From NCBI GenBank assembly GCA_000146045.2, contig BK006940.2, positions 64,001 through 128,000 on the forward strand: a DNA stretch of 64,000 bases, written 5' to 3'. Each line of letters begins with the position of its first letter. Position 1 is the stretch's first letter. The notes beneath the pieces were generated by a model. That model saw only the letters and a list, made by a program, of their open reading frames with translations. It was not told where the DNA came from and did not search any database. Source of the stretch: TPA_inf: Saccharomyces (Eukaryota). The translations under genes and the position numbers were made by a program. Positions 36,578-47,093 of the stretch are shown in pieces.

Positions 36578-36911
36578 TGATATTTGAATAAAGTTCAACT
36601 ATCATCTACCGATTAGTATTCATATTACTACTATATTATAATATGGGTGTGAGAATATGGCGTAACGTTTGAGAGATAGTCTCAGGTGTAGTGGAAGCTG
36701 AAATTCAGGGGAATGATGTTGTAATGGAATAATTAATGACAGGATATGAGATGGAAGGAAATTTAATTATATTATTACATAGAAATATCGATTTCCTTTT
36801 GTGAATTTCTATATCCTCGAGGAAACTTTCTGGTATACTTTGTATACTAAATTTTATAGCCTTTGACAACAACGAAATCCCAAAAAGTATTTCATAATTC
36901 ATGTACTTACG
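36578..36911 (+). mobile_element. Solo Ty1/Ty2-type delta LTR (about 334 bp, diverged, no clear target-site duplication)
   Basis: Collinear similarity to delta LTR along its length: TGATATTTGAATAAAGTTCAACTATCATCTAC..., TAGTGGAAGCTGAAA..., TTCTATATCCTCGAGGAAACTTTCTGGTATAC..., ATAGCCTTTGACAACAACGAAATCCCAA.... About 470 bp upstream of a tRNA gene, the classic Ty1 insertion window. Confidence 0.75.
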
Positions 36912-37047
36912 AGAAGAAAAATCATTGCCCTGCTAGTGCTTCAAAAAATATAATTGGGAGCAACTAAAATCTCCTTGCAATGAGTTACAAGGAACAGATT
37001 CTTACCGGTAGTCCTGGTGAGCAAAAGACTTAACCATGTGGCAGCCG

Positions 37048-37368
37048 TTGTCTAATATCCACTAGCTATACACTTACATGGAATATTGGTTGCTGAAATA
37101 ATTAGACTTAATGGTAGCAAACGTAGTGGTCATCCATATGAATATATGAGCAAGAAATAAACGTGAACATGTAAAATAGTAATACAGACACCATAATGTA
37201 CAGGTTAATCCTGATATGTTTCTCGAATGAAATCGGGAAGACTAATAGGAGGCTCAATTCTATATTCACTCACGTTATGCGCCTGAATTTGAATGGATAT
37301 TGTTGATAGAAGATTCCCTTTAATCACTCTCCTATATAAATATTTCTGTTTTTCTTATTAACGCAACA
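37048..37368 (+). mobile_element. Possible second, highly degenerate LTR remnant (family uncertain) abutting the tRNA gene
   Basis: Begins TGTTGTC and ends GCAACA (LTR-type TGTTG...CAACA termini). Short patches resemble the delta (GCTGAAATAAT..., AGATTCCCTTTAAT...CTCCTATATAAATA). Weak; could be chance. Confidence 0.3.
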
Positions 37369-37375
37369 ATAATTC

Positions 37376-37478
37376 GGGCGTGTGGTCTAGTGGTATGATT
37401 CTCGCTTTGGGCGACTTCCTGAATAAACAGGAAGACAAAGCATGCGAGAGGCCCTGGGTTCAATTCCCAGCTCGCCCC
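37376..37478 (+). tRNA. tP(UGG): tRNA-Pro (anticodon UGG) with a 31-nt intron (37412..37442) 3' of the anticodon
   Basis: GGGCGTGTGGTCTAGTGGTATGATTCTCGCTTTGGG [intron cgacttcctgaataaacaggaagacaaagca] TGCGAGAGGCCCTGGGTTCAATTCCCAGCTCGCCCC. Acceptor, D, anticodon and T stems all pair, the T-loop is GTTCAAT, and a T-run terminator follows at 37480..37488. End coordinate +/-1. Confidence 0.9.
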
Positions 37479-37627
37479 CTTTTTTTTGCATATCTGGTCA
37501 TAATATCTTATCTGATCGACTAGTAGTTTCCTCATATATTAATTCCTTGTGCAATTTTTTTTTACTTACTCAATACTAAGCGGTTCTTCATAAATATATA
37601 TACTATACTGTTTATTATTTCCTGTTT

Positions 37628-39127
37628 TCAACAATGAATAGCTTTATCATAGGCAGCCATGTTAGCTTCCTTAAATGCTTCGGACAAAGTAGGATGAGCA
37701 TGGCAGACCCTAGCAACATCTTCTGCGGAAGCGCCATATTCTAAGGCTAAGCCAGCTTCAGCAATCATTTCACCGGCATTTGGACCGATAATGTGAGCCC
37801 CCAAAATACGCTCGGTCTTGGAATCGATCAAAATCTTCACGAAACCTTCAGTGTCTTGGTTGGTCTTGGCTCTTGAATTGGCCGCAAAGGGGAACTTACC
37901 AATTTTATAGTCAATGCCGGCTTCTTTCAATTGCTCTTCGGTTTTACCAACCCATGCTACTTCTGGGTGAGAATACATGACCGAAGGAATGTTGTTATAG
38001 TTGACATGACCGTGACCAGTTTTCAACATTTCGACAGCTGCAATACCTTCCTCTTCGGCTTTGTGAGCCAGCATTGGACCAAATGTAACATCTCCTACCA
38101 CTTTAATGTGTGGGAACTTGGAATTAAATTGGTCATCAATGACTAGGCGTCCCCTTTTGTCTACTTCTAATCCAATCTTTTCAGCCCCTAAGCCAGCAAT
38201 GTAAGGTCTTCTACCAACAGCAACCAGCAAAACTTCAGCTTCCAAATTTTCTTGCTTATTCGTTTTAGTATCTTCTACAACAATTTCGACGACGTTCTTG
38301 TCGTCGTTTCTCTTTGCAGAAATAACTTTGGTGCTTAATTTGAAGTCCAAACCTTGCTTTTTCAAGAACTTTTGGGTGGCTTTGGCAACCTCGCCGTCCA
38401 TAGATGCACCAATTTGAGGTTGAAATTCTACTACAGTAACCTTGGAGCCTAATCTAGAGTAAACTGAACCCATTTCCAATCCGATGATTCCTCCACCAAT
38501 GATGGTTAATCTTTTGGGAATTTCCTTTAACGAAAGAGCACCTGTTGAAGAGACAATTTTTTCCTCATCTATTTCAATACCGGGGAAGGGTGTAACTTCA
38601 GAGCCCGTGGCGACTATGATGTTCTTAACATCTAGTATGTGGTCTTCCTTGACAGTGCCTTCCAACCCATCAACGGGAGTTACTCTGATCTTCGTTTCGT
38701 CTTCGAATGAACCATTACCTTTATAATAGGTGACCTTATTTTTCTTGAACAGAAGCTCAATACCTCCAGTTAATTGCTTAACAGCGTCATCCTTAGCCTT
38801 TTGGAAGTTTGCTACGTTAATTTTGATATCACCGTTGACGTCAATACCTCTCTTTTGCGCTTCCGTATGCATTTGGTGGAATAAATGAGAATTATTTAGA
38901 AGTGCTTTGGAGGGGATACATCCAACGTTAAGACAGGTACCGCCTAATTTGCCTCTTTTTTCTACACATGCAGTGTTAAATCCCAATTGAGCAGCTTTGA
39001 TAGCAGCCACGTAACCAGCAGGGCCACCACCGATGATGACTACATCATGTGACTTGTTAATGGTCAATGTCCTGACTGTGGACGAAAAGGCACGCTTATT
39101 ATTTAGGAGTGATCTGATTCTTAACAT
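37628..39127 (-). CDS. LPD1: Dihydrolipoamide dehydrogenase (E3 of PDH/KGDH/GCV), mitochondrial, 499 aa
   Basis: FAD/NAD Rossmann motifs [14 protein letters not shown], redox disulfide [14 protein letters not shown]-terminal HAHPTLSEA. Confidence 0.95.
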
Positions 39128-39698
39128 TGTGAACTGTTAGTATGTTCTTTGATGGTACGACAGAGACAATCGAACAAAACCGTATATATATAAATATACG
39201 TTATATGTATATATATATCTATATATATTCGAGGTGAGTCAAAGGGTACGAATTATCATCAAATTGTTTATTAGCATTATAATACACTAAGTTTCCATTA
39301 AGTTGCTCCGCGGAGACTTCTCGCCAATGAGGGAACAGCCGTTCGAGATGATAAAGTATTCTAAAAACGAGTCATCATTAAAAACGATTCACGTGATATT
39401 CACGTGCATAAACCATTAGTAAGTATATATTTTTAGTGGGATATATGAGGGTACATTGCATCATGACTATTCGTGGTAGTCACGCATACGTTTGTCAGTG
39501 GCATTGTTCGAGTATTCCTCTGTTCTTCATTTCCCTTTTTTCCTATAGCCTCGCCTACGCTCTTTCACGTTTGTGCTGATAGAAACAATGTGGTAAGAAA
39601 AATTAAATCTCTAAAGGTGCAATGAATGTATAAGAAAGTACAACGCATATAGAGTATCCGGCATAGGACAGGATTACGCAAACACACGCACAGATACA

Positions 39699-39932
39699 AT
39701 GGTTTCTACCCCTGAACTGAAGAAATATATGGACAAGAAGATATTGCTGAATATAAATGGATCTAGGAAAGTGGCAGGAATTTTGCGAGGCTACGATATT
39801 TTCTTAAACGTCGTTCTTGATGATGCAATGGAGATAAATGGTGAAGACCCTGCCAATAACCACCAGCTAGGCTTGCAGACCGTCATTAGGGGCAACTCCA
39901 TAATATCCCTAGAGGCTCTAGATGCCATATAA
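39699..39932 (+). CDS. SMX2: Sm G core snRNP protein, 77 aa
   Basis: Sm fold motifs (ILLNINGSRKVAGILRGYDIFLNVVLDDA ... IRGNSI). Confidence 0.85.
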   Translation: MVSTPELKKYMDKKILLNINGSRKVAGILRGYDIFLNVVLDDAMEINGEDPANNHQLGLQTVIRGNSIISLEALDAI

Positions 39933-39982
39933 AATTATATATATATATATATATGTCGACCTCTATGTACTATACAGCAATA

Positions 39983-40462
39983 CTATTTTCTAATTTGCAT
40001 TTCCACGCCTGCGTTGCTAAACCCACATTTTTCATAGAATTTGACATTTTTCTCATCGCAATCTAAAATAATCTTATAACAACCGTAGTCAAAGCCGATA
40101 GTTACCAATTGATCAATCAAGAGCTTGCCCAAACCTTGGCCCTGATACTTGGAGTTTACTGCAATGTCCTCGATGTGGCCACATAGCCCCAGTTCATGAA
40201 TGATCTTTCTTTCGATGATGATATTCCCCGTAGCGGCAACCGTCTCGGTGCGCTTGTCCACAATCACCATGGGGTTATATTGCATTATTTTTTTATCTTC
40301 GTTATCATTCCATACTGTGGCTTCATTCCAGTATTTTATGAGTTTGCTGAAGGATTCGGGGGTAATAGTGCCCACGGTGGTCAAAACCTTTAGCGTCTCA
40401 GTGACCTGTTCCAAATCCCCCTCTTCCATTCGCCTTATATAAAATCCATCGGGTAAGCTCAT
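39983..40462 (-). CDS. GNA1: Glucosamine-6-phosphate N-acetyltransferase (GNAT family), 159 aa
   Basis: GNAT acetyl-CoA motif QGQGLGKLLIDQL; recognised as GNA1. Convergent with SMX2, only 50 bp between stop codons. Confidence 0.85.
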   Translation of the reverse strand: MSLPDGFYIRRMEEGDLEQVTETLKVLTTVGTITPESFSKLIKYWNEATVWNDNEDKKIMQYNPMVIVDKRTETVAATGNIIIERKIIHELGLCGHIEDIAVNSKYQGQGLGKLLIDQLVTIGFDYGCYKIILDCDEKNVKFYEKCGFSNAGVEMQIRK

Positions 40463-40558
40463 TATTTTATGTTGATATCCAGCTTCCGTTCGTCAACTAT
40501 TCTCTCGAGCTCAGTTTTGGGTTTTGGCATGTAAACAATGCCTTCGCTTGTATTACGC

Positions 40559-40598
40559 AAAAAAAAAAAAAATAAATAAAAAAAAAAAAAAAAAAATA
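40559..40598 (+). repeat. About 40-bp poly(dA:dT) tract (A13 TAAAT A20-like) in the GNA1 promoter / MDJ1 3' flank
   Basis: Direct reading: aaaaaaaaaaaaataaataaaaaaaaaaaaaaaaaaata. Confidence 0.9.
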
Positions 40599-40700
40599 AG
40601 GTATAAATCGTTGGTTCTTTTATGCACAATTATTTAACTATAGTTATCTATTTACGTAAAGGCTTCTATTTTTCCTTATCTACAAGAAATTGCATGAAGT

Positions 40701-42236
40701 TTAATTTTTTTTGTCACCTTTGATCTTCCTGAATGTGTTGGTAATGAAATTTTCTAGTCTCTTCAAAGTGTTGTCGTCATCCTTTTTTGCGTGTTTTTCC
40801 TCTTCTTGTTTTTGTTTCTTCAGTATCTCTTCATTAATGGCTGTACCCGCGGCTGTGCCCGGTTGCATGGTTTTCTTGGCCATGTCATCGTTGGTGACAT
40901 CTGCCAGTGCCTCCCACAAGCATTTTTCTGCCAGCGATTGCGGTTTCTTAACAACGATCTTGTACTGGACTTTCATATCACCGCGAATGGTTGATGTTTT
41001 AGGAACACCCATGTTAGGAATGGATATCACTTGATTGTATTGAGTCCCTGGAGCGACCTTTATCCTGATCTTTTGTCCCTCCACAGTGGGGATAGTGACA
41101 GTACCACCAAGTGCAGCTGTGGTTATAGGAATCTCCTTGTCGTACCAAATATCGTACTTGTTCTTTATCGAAAAGTTGGGATCCTTGTCGACACGAATTC
41201 TCACCAAAATATCACCTCTTGATAACTTGACTGAATCTTTCAAGTCCGCCTCTACAGCGATGTCAGGGTATGAGCCTTGGCCAGGGATCCTGACCACGTC
41301 GCCGTCCTGTAATCCATGTGGCAAGTCCACCGTAATTGTCTTTGCCCTGTTGACCTGAACACCCTCACCATGGCACTTGGTACAATTGTCCTGAGGCCGT
41401 TTCATGGTACCTTCACCGTTGCAAGTAGGACAAGTCGACATCATCTGAAATCCGCCCCTAATGTGAACAGTGGTTCCTGTTCCGTGACAAGTGCTACAAC
41501 TGACCTTATGCGTGTTTGGTTTCATTCCCGTCCCTGAACAGGTACTACAAGGGTCCAGCGCAGAGAATCTTAACTGAACGTTCTTGGACCCAAACACTGC
41601 GTCCTTGAAAGACACTTTATGGACAATCTCGATTGGGTCGCCCCTATATTGTCTGAACATAGATGACGACCTGCTTGCGCCACCGCTACCGCGGCCACCA
41701 CCACCAAATGCAGCACCAAACAGGTCTTCAAAATTGATACCGCCAAATGGCGAGCCGCCTGCACTGGTGAATCCTGAGAAATCATGAAATTGGGAACCAA
41801 AGGGAGAGCCACTACCACCACCGGCACCTCCAGCGGCACCGCCGCCGCCGAAGGCAGCGGGCCCAAATTGATCGTACTGCTGCCTCTTCGTTTCGTCTGA
41901 CAGAATTTCATAAGCGTTCTGTAAATCGTGGAATTTCTTCTCAGCATCCGGTTCCTTGTTGATATCCGGGTGGTACTTCTTTGCCAGTTTGTAGTATGCT
42001 TTTTTGATTTCCGCACCTGTAGCAGATTTCTTCAAGCCTAAAGTATCGTACGGGTCCTTGAATGCTTCGTTGTTTCTGATTGCAGAAGTATGGAAGCTAG
42101 ATTTTGGTATTCGTGGAGCGATGGATGCAAACGCGATGGCATGTCTATAAAGAATATTATTGATATGGCGAGAATGTCCCACATGGTGTCTAAAGACACC
42201 GGAACACCTTGACAATACACCTTGTTGGAAAGCCAT
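40701..42236 (-). CDS. MDJ1: Mitochondrial DnaJ (type I Hsp40) co-chaperone, 511 aa
   Basis: J-domain [21 protein letters not shown]-rich region, four CxxCxGxG zinc-finger repeats. Confidence 0.95.
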   Translation of the reverse strand: MAFQQGVLSRCSGVFRHHVGHSRHINNILYRHAIAFASIAPRIPKSSFHTSAIRNNEAFKDPYDTLGLKKSATGAEIKKAYYKLAKKYHPDINKEPDAEKKFHDLQNAYEILSDETKRQQYDQFGPAAFGGGGAAGGAGGGSGSPFGSQFHDFSGFTSAGGSPFGGINFEDLFGAAFGGGGRGSGGASRSSSMFRQYRGDPIEIVHKVSFKDAVFGSKNVQLRFSALDPCSTCSGTGMKPNTHKVSCSTCHGTGTTVHIRGGFQMMSTCPTCNGEGTMKRPQDNCTKCHGEGVQVNRAKTITVDLPHGLQDGDVVRIPGQGSYPDIAVEADLKDSVKLSRGDILVRIRVDKDPNFSIKNKYDIWYDKEIPITTAALGGTVTIPTVEGQKIRIKVAPGTQYNQVISIPNMGVPKTSTIRGDMKVQYKIVVKKPQSLAEKCLWEALADVTNDDMAKKTMQPGTAAGTAINEEILKKQKQEEEKHAKKDDDNTLKRLENFITNTFRKIKGDKKN

Positions 42237-42577
42237 TGTTATGTTATGTTTAGAGTATGATATAGGACTTCTCTCTCTTTTTTTTTTTTTGTCCAGGTGG
42301 AGTGCGATTTGTTCGTTATATGCCTCATTCCTTAATTTTTATCAGTCAGAACGTTATTTCGCGCTGCAAGTTCCTTACTTTTCCATAGAGTTCCACAGGA
42401 TGTAAAGAAAAATAATGATAAAAAAAAGCAGAACATATTACCCTTCTTTTGGAGCGTACTTCCATCTGTTACCCGCTCATCCAAATGCACATTCTGTTAC
42501 CCTCTTGTTCGGTATTTTTCGGAGTTCTCCTTTTCTCCTTCTTTTCCTCTTGATACACAGAAAAGTGGGAGAAGGTA

Positions 42578-43070
42578 GGGGGAGTCAGAGAATGAAGAAA
42601 AAAAGGGGACGCGCAAATCCAAGTGAAAATCTCCGGGAGCGGGCGGATCCCACTAACGGCCCAGCCGAAAATGGAAAAAAAGGGTCGGTGATGTGTGGGT
42701 GCCAGCTGGCGGTAGCAATGACGACGTGTTGACGGGCCCTTGGCTCTTGGGACAAGGACTAGAAGCCAAAAGCCAGAGGCGGTAAAAATAGCAAGACTAG
42801 AATATTGCTGGCATCTGTTAAGGGGATATGTTGCAACTTGCAGGGGGCGGCACAAAATAACATAGAAACGTAGTAAAGAGGGGAAAAGGAAAAGGAAAAG
42901 GAAAAGGAAGGAAAAAAACCCATTGACGTAGAAATTGAAAGAAGGAAAGGTATACGCAAGCATTAATACAACCCACAAACACAGACCAGAAGCACTCTAG
43001 ACGGAGAGTAACTAGATCTACAGCCCCTGGAAAATCGTTTGGTCAACTTTGAGGTTCCGGTCGTCCCCCT
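42578..43070 (+). promoter_or_regulatory. HSP12: Seven stress-response element cores (AGGGG / CCCCT) in the HSP12 promoter, at 42578, 42604, 42831, 42842, 42879 (AGGGG) and 43024, 43066 (CCCCT)
   Basis: Direct motif reading in the 700 bp upstream of the HSP12 ATG. The (GGAAAA)4 microsatellite at 42884..42913 lies among them. Confidence 0.8.
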
Positions 43071-43255
43071 CTTGATCTGAAAGGTCTTTCTCTAAATCTA
43101 TATTAAAACGTATAAATAGGACGGTGAATTGCGTTCTACTTCCTCAATTGCGTTTGATCTTATTTAATCTCTCTCTAATATATAGAAAAAAAAACCATCT
43201 GATTATTCGATAATCTCAAACAAACAACTCAAAACAAAAAAAACTAAATACAACA

Positions 43256-43585
43256 ATGTCTGACGCAGGTAGAAAAGGATTCGGTGAAAAAGCTTCTGAA
43301 GCTTTGAAGCCAGACTCTCAAAAGTCATACGCTGAACAAGGTAAGGAATACATCACTGACAAGGCCGACAAGGTCGCTGGTAAGGTTCAACCAGAAGACA
43401 ACAAGGGTGTCTTCCAAGGTGTCCACGACTCTGCCGAAAAAGGCAAGGATAACGCTGAAGGTCAAGGTGAATCTTTGGCAGACCAAGCTAGAGATTACAT
43501 GGGAGCCGCCAAGTCCAAGTTGAACGATGCCGTCGAATATGTTTCCGGTCGTGTCCACGGTGAAGAAGACCCAACCAAGAAGTAA
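43256..43585 (+). CDS. HSP12: Small hydrophilic stress protein (LEA-like), 109 aa
   Basis: MSDAGRKGFGEKASEALKPDSQKSYAEQGKEYITDKADKVAGKVQPEDNKGVFQGVHDSAEKGKDNAEGQGESLADQARDYMGAAKSKLNDAVEYVSGRVHGEEDPTKK. Confidence 0.95.
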   Translation: MSDAGRKGFGEKASEALKPDSQKSYAEQGKEYITDKADKVAGKVQPEDNKGVFQGVHDSAEKGKDNAEGQGESLADQARDYMGAAKSKLNDAVEYVSGRVHGEEDPTKK

Positions 43586-43811
43586 ATCTTTCGGAACTCT
43601 TTGTAGTTACATGGTTTTTTCTTTATGATGTGTGATGTTCCTTAATATTATATTCAATGAATAGCAGAGTAATAAAAAAATTCTAAAAAAAAAACGCTTA
43701 AATCGAGGTGGAATATATAAACTTAAGTACGCATATACTCTAGTTCAGTTTAAAAATTAGCTGTTTTTTTAAAAAAAAAAATTCTCTTTCTTTACAAAAT
43801 GTTCTTAAATG

Positions 43812-43838
43812 TATGTATGTGTGTGTGTGTGTGTGTGC
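43812..43838 (+). repeat. (TG)n / (TGTA) microsatellite
   Basis: gtatgtatgtgtgtgtgtgtgtgtgtg, just downstream of the IES1 stop (minus strand). Confidence 0.9.
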
Positions 43839-43851
43839 GTATTGTTCTATT

Positions 43852-45930
43852 TCACTCCAGCTTAAACATGGCGGTTGCTTCTTCGTCATCAATTTCCGCG
43901 CGTTCGATTTTATTTAAAAGTACTTTCTTTGAAGCGCCGAGATTTTTCATGAAATCCGTCTCAAATCCAAGCAAATTATCTTTGAATTTCTTTCTCTTTT
44001 TACCGCGAATCCCAAGCACTGACGCTACGGGGATGTCTTCAAATTCATTGAATATCTTGATTAACCCAATATCGCGTCTTTTCAACCTGTTTGGCACCTG
44101 GGATTTTTTCAAATCGGCGAGAAACTCCTCTTGTGTCTTACCATTTTCTGACACATGCTTGTTCAGATCTAGCGATATTAGCTTGTCGACCTTGTTTACC
44201 GTAGCCGAACTATTGTATTTTTTCAATGGTGTTAGATTTAAATCGTTTTTGTCAATGATAGCAGCGGAGGTGATTTCTTCTTCTGTTTCTGTTGGTGCTG
44301 CTGGCGTTACTTTGGGCAGTTGTGGTGTGACTTTTTTCCTGTTCAATGTCATGGGTGAAGAAGATTCCAGTATGGGCGTAGGCGTCAAAAGTGATCTAGT
44401 CTCCTCTACAGTCTCCTCGCTCTTGTCATCTTCCCCTTCACCGTCCTCTTCACTCTTGTCACCACCGATACTGGGCTTTTTCACCTCTGTAACATTGGTA
44501 CGCTCGCGCTTCCTACCCTCCTCCATCTTACTCATGAATTCTCTTCTCTTGATGCGTTGGTTGGCTCCGAACTCTAATTCATCTTCAGGATCCGTGTCGT
44601 AACTGCGTTCCGTACACCTTAAAATGAACTTTCCAGCAGGTGCACCATCTTCCAATCCATTGAAAAATCTTACTGATTCTTCGACCTCCTCCTGGCTTAA
44701 GTTTGTCTCCAAATGAATATATAGCAGCCAAATCAATATGTTTGATCTATCCTTTGGCTCGTATTTCGAATAGTCCAGTATATCAAATAATGTTGTTGCA
44801 TAAGCTGCTTTTGATTCTTGTTTTTCATTTTCCGCTTCCGTTTCTTTTACTTCATTCTGTTCATCTACCATATCTTGCTCCTGAGCTTTCGATTCGACTT
44901 CCACATACTTGGAAAGAAACCTCTTGTCAATTAGGCCGGAATTATCACATATGCTAAACAACATATTAATAATGTTAAATTTGTTAACGGTGTCCACTTC
45001 ACCATCATTTTGGTCGACCTTTTTGTAAGTCTCCATCAATGAGAGTTGCTCATTGCCCCACGGCAGATTTTTCAGAATAGATTTCAGTCTAGGTGTATCC
45101 TGCAAAAGTTTCGGATCATTGGCATGTAATTGTAAAACTGGCACGGAGTGAAAAGTTCTCAATTGCGATGTCATTTCTAAATAAAAATTTATAGTGGTGT
45201 TCAACCTACCAATGTTGACCAATAACGCTAAAACACAAGTAGAAAATGCTACTTGTTGGTCTAATAATAGTTTATCTCTGAGAATTTTGGAACATTTGAT
45301 AGAAGTGGCTATTGTCAACACATACAATTGTGCGAACGTCAATTTATCGTTAAATACAAATGTCCTTGCATCGTACTCTTTGTCGGTCACGTTGATTGAT
45401 AATTTATCGCCATCGATATTAATGGGTACAATAGAGTTCTTGTATAGGGGTTTTAGAACATTAGTGAAGATTTGCCTCTTGTCCATCAACAGTTCTTGCA
45501 TGAAACTGAACTGAATGTCCTTTCTATTGAATGGCTCGCCGTCAGGTTTCTTCAAATGACGATTGTATTTACTGGCATTGCTTTCTTTGGGTTTCCTTCT
45601 AACAGTGTTAGTTGTCACTGGCCCCGTTGCCGTACTTGCTCCTGTTGCTTCAGGCACTGTAGAAGGTTCGAAGTTGAGCAAGATGTTGGTATTTTCTTCT
45701 TCACTTTGCGTGGAGTCATCATCATTTTTATCGTCGATTTCAATCTCGTGTATAACTGGAATGCTTTTTGTAGTCACAGTCTCGGTCTCTGATTGAATGG
45801 AGCTTGGGGATGCTTCTTCTTGTGATCCCGATTTTACAGATTGCATTGGAGAATCTGCTTTTGTTTCGTCAGAATTGTCTTCTCGTAGTTGGAAAGTATC
45901 ATGAATTGGATCGTATACTCTCTTCCCCAT
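43852..45930 (-). CDS. IES1: INO80 chromatin-remodelling complex subunit, 692 aa
   Basis: 692-aa ORF recognised as IES1; acidic and Ser/Thr-rich. Confidence 0.8.
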
Positions 45931-46479
45931 CTTTAATTAGAGTGTCGCCTTTATTTAGCTTTCGATTTTACTTAGTTAATCATGAACTGTTTCCAATACC
46001 ATATCAGCATTCATTGGGCGTTCTTTACTTACTTGTACCGTTACCGCATTCGAGGGTAACCTGTTTTTCGTTGTACACGATATGCTACAGAATTGTCTTA
46101 ATATGGGCTAAGAAAAAAAAAAGTCTGATTATTTCTGATACTGCAAAATATATACTGGCTTGGTTAAGAAAAGTGTTGCTTTAGTTCCTTTACATCAAGA
46201 GTCGTTAAATTGTTTTGTGTCATAACAGTAGTGGTCTTTTGAGACATCAATCGACTCTCAGGTTTTCCTTCTGTTCATCTTCTTGTTTTCGGTAAAGGTC
46301 AGCCAGCATATTTCAATTCTCTCTTTTTTGAAATAACATTATGTAATCTTTCAATCCTTTCTATCCAACGTCTGCTAAATAATTTATTCAAATGACATGT
46401 AGACCAGAAAATCGAACGTTGGATAATTTTTCATCCTGAATCATGTTGGTCTCAACTAGAGCAATTTTTTCACGTCCTC

Positions 46480-46488
46480 TGACACAAA
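46480..46488 (+). promoter_or_regulatory. Middle sporulation element GACACAAAA (consensus gNCRCAAAW, Ndt80/Sum1 site) about 160 bp upstream of YFL012W
   Basis: Exact match to the MSE consensus on the coding strand of YFL012W. Confidence 0.55.
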
Positions 46489-46646
46489 ACTCGATAAACT
46501 GTCGCATCAGTTTAAAAAAATATGTACGTGTATAATAACTGAATTTAAAAGGATAGTAAATAATTTTTGCATTTTATGGAATGTCAAAATACTAATAAGT
46601 CGCAAATATAGCTATCAAATACCATAATTTAGCTACTTATAGAAAG

Positions 46647-47093
46647 ATGCCCAAATCCCGACCAAAAAGGACCATTGCGTCTTCCTCGTCAGTTTTTTAT
46701 GGAAGTTCACCTTTCCAAAATGATGGCTACATCAAAGTAATGGAACTCGTATCACACATTGTCATTGAAATAAATCATTCACCTACCGCAACAACGGATG
46801 AAACGAGAAAGCAGAATAATCCGGAGCTGAAAGTGAAAGAACCAGTTTGTAACCTCAAGAAGTGGGAAAATAACACTAACTTTATATTGGAAGATCATAC
46901 GAAGAATAAAACAAAACTTTCTAGCACAGATAGGATACGTAAGTGGTTTAGAAGACATATATTAAAGGAAGAGATCGAAATCCTTTCCCATGGAAAACAA
47001 TTGAGTAGTATTGATGAGGATTATTGCCCTTCAAATGTTCTTGTAGGATGTTCAAGAGATCTAAATAAACTCAGATCATTTCAAAATTTTTAG
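46647..47093 (+). CDS. Uncharacterised 148-aa protein (YFL012W)
   Basis: Isolated 148-aa ORF with its own upstream MSE; recognised as YFL012W, function unknown. Confidence 0.6.
   Translation: MPKSRPKRTIASSSSVFYGSSPFQNDGYIKVMELVSHIVIEINHSPTATTDETRKQNNPELKVKEPVCNLKKWENNTNFILEDHTKNKTKLSSTDRIRKWFRRHILKEEIEILSHGKQLSSIDEDYCPSNVLVGCSRDLNKLRSFQNF

Noticed and set aside
36252-36605. 117-aa ORF (YFL019C-like)
   Set aside because: Runs into the diverged delta LTR and has no recognisable features; likely non-coding.
37048-37368. Assigning the tRNA-proximal remnant to sigma (Ty3) because of its position next to a tRNA
   Set aside because: It ends 7 bp, not 16-19 bp, from the tRNA start and shows no recognisable similarity to what I recall of sigma. 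Kept only as a low-confidence degenerate LTR-like remnant.
42415-42978. ORFs on both strands (105 aa +, 169 aa -) between MDJ1 and HSP12
   Set aside because: They cover the STRE-rich HSP12 promoter and the (GGAAAA)n microsatellite; composition-driven (Phe/Leu-rich from T-runs); dubious.
43799-44602. 267-aa ORF on the plus strand overlapping IES1
   Set aside because: Fully antisense to IES1 and begins in the (TG)n microsatellite; Ser/Leu/Phe-rich low complexity; spurious.
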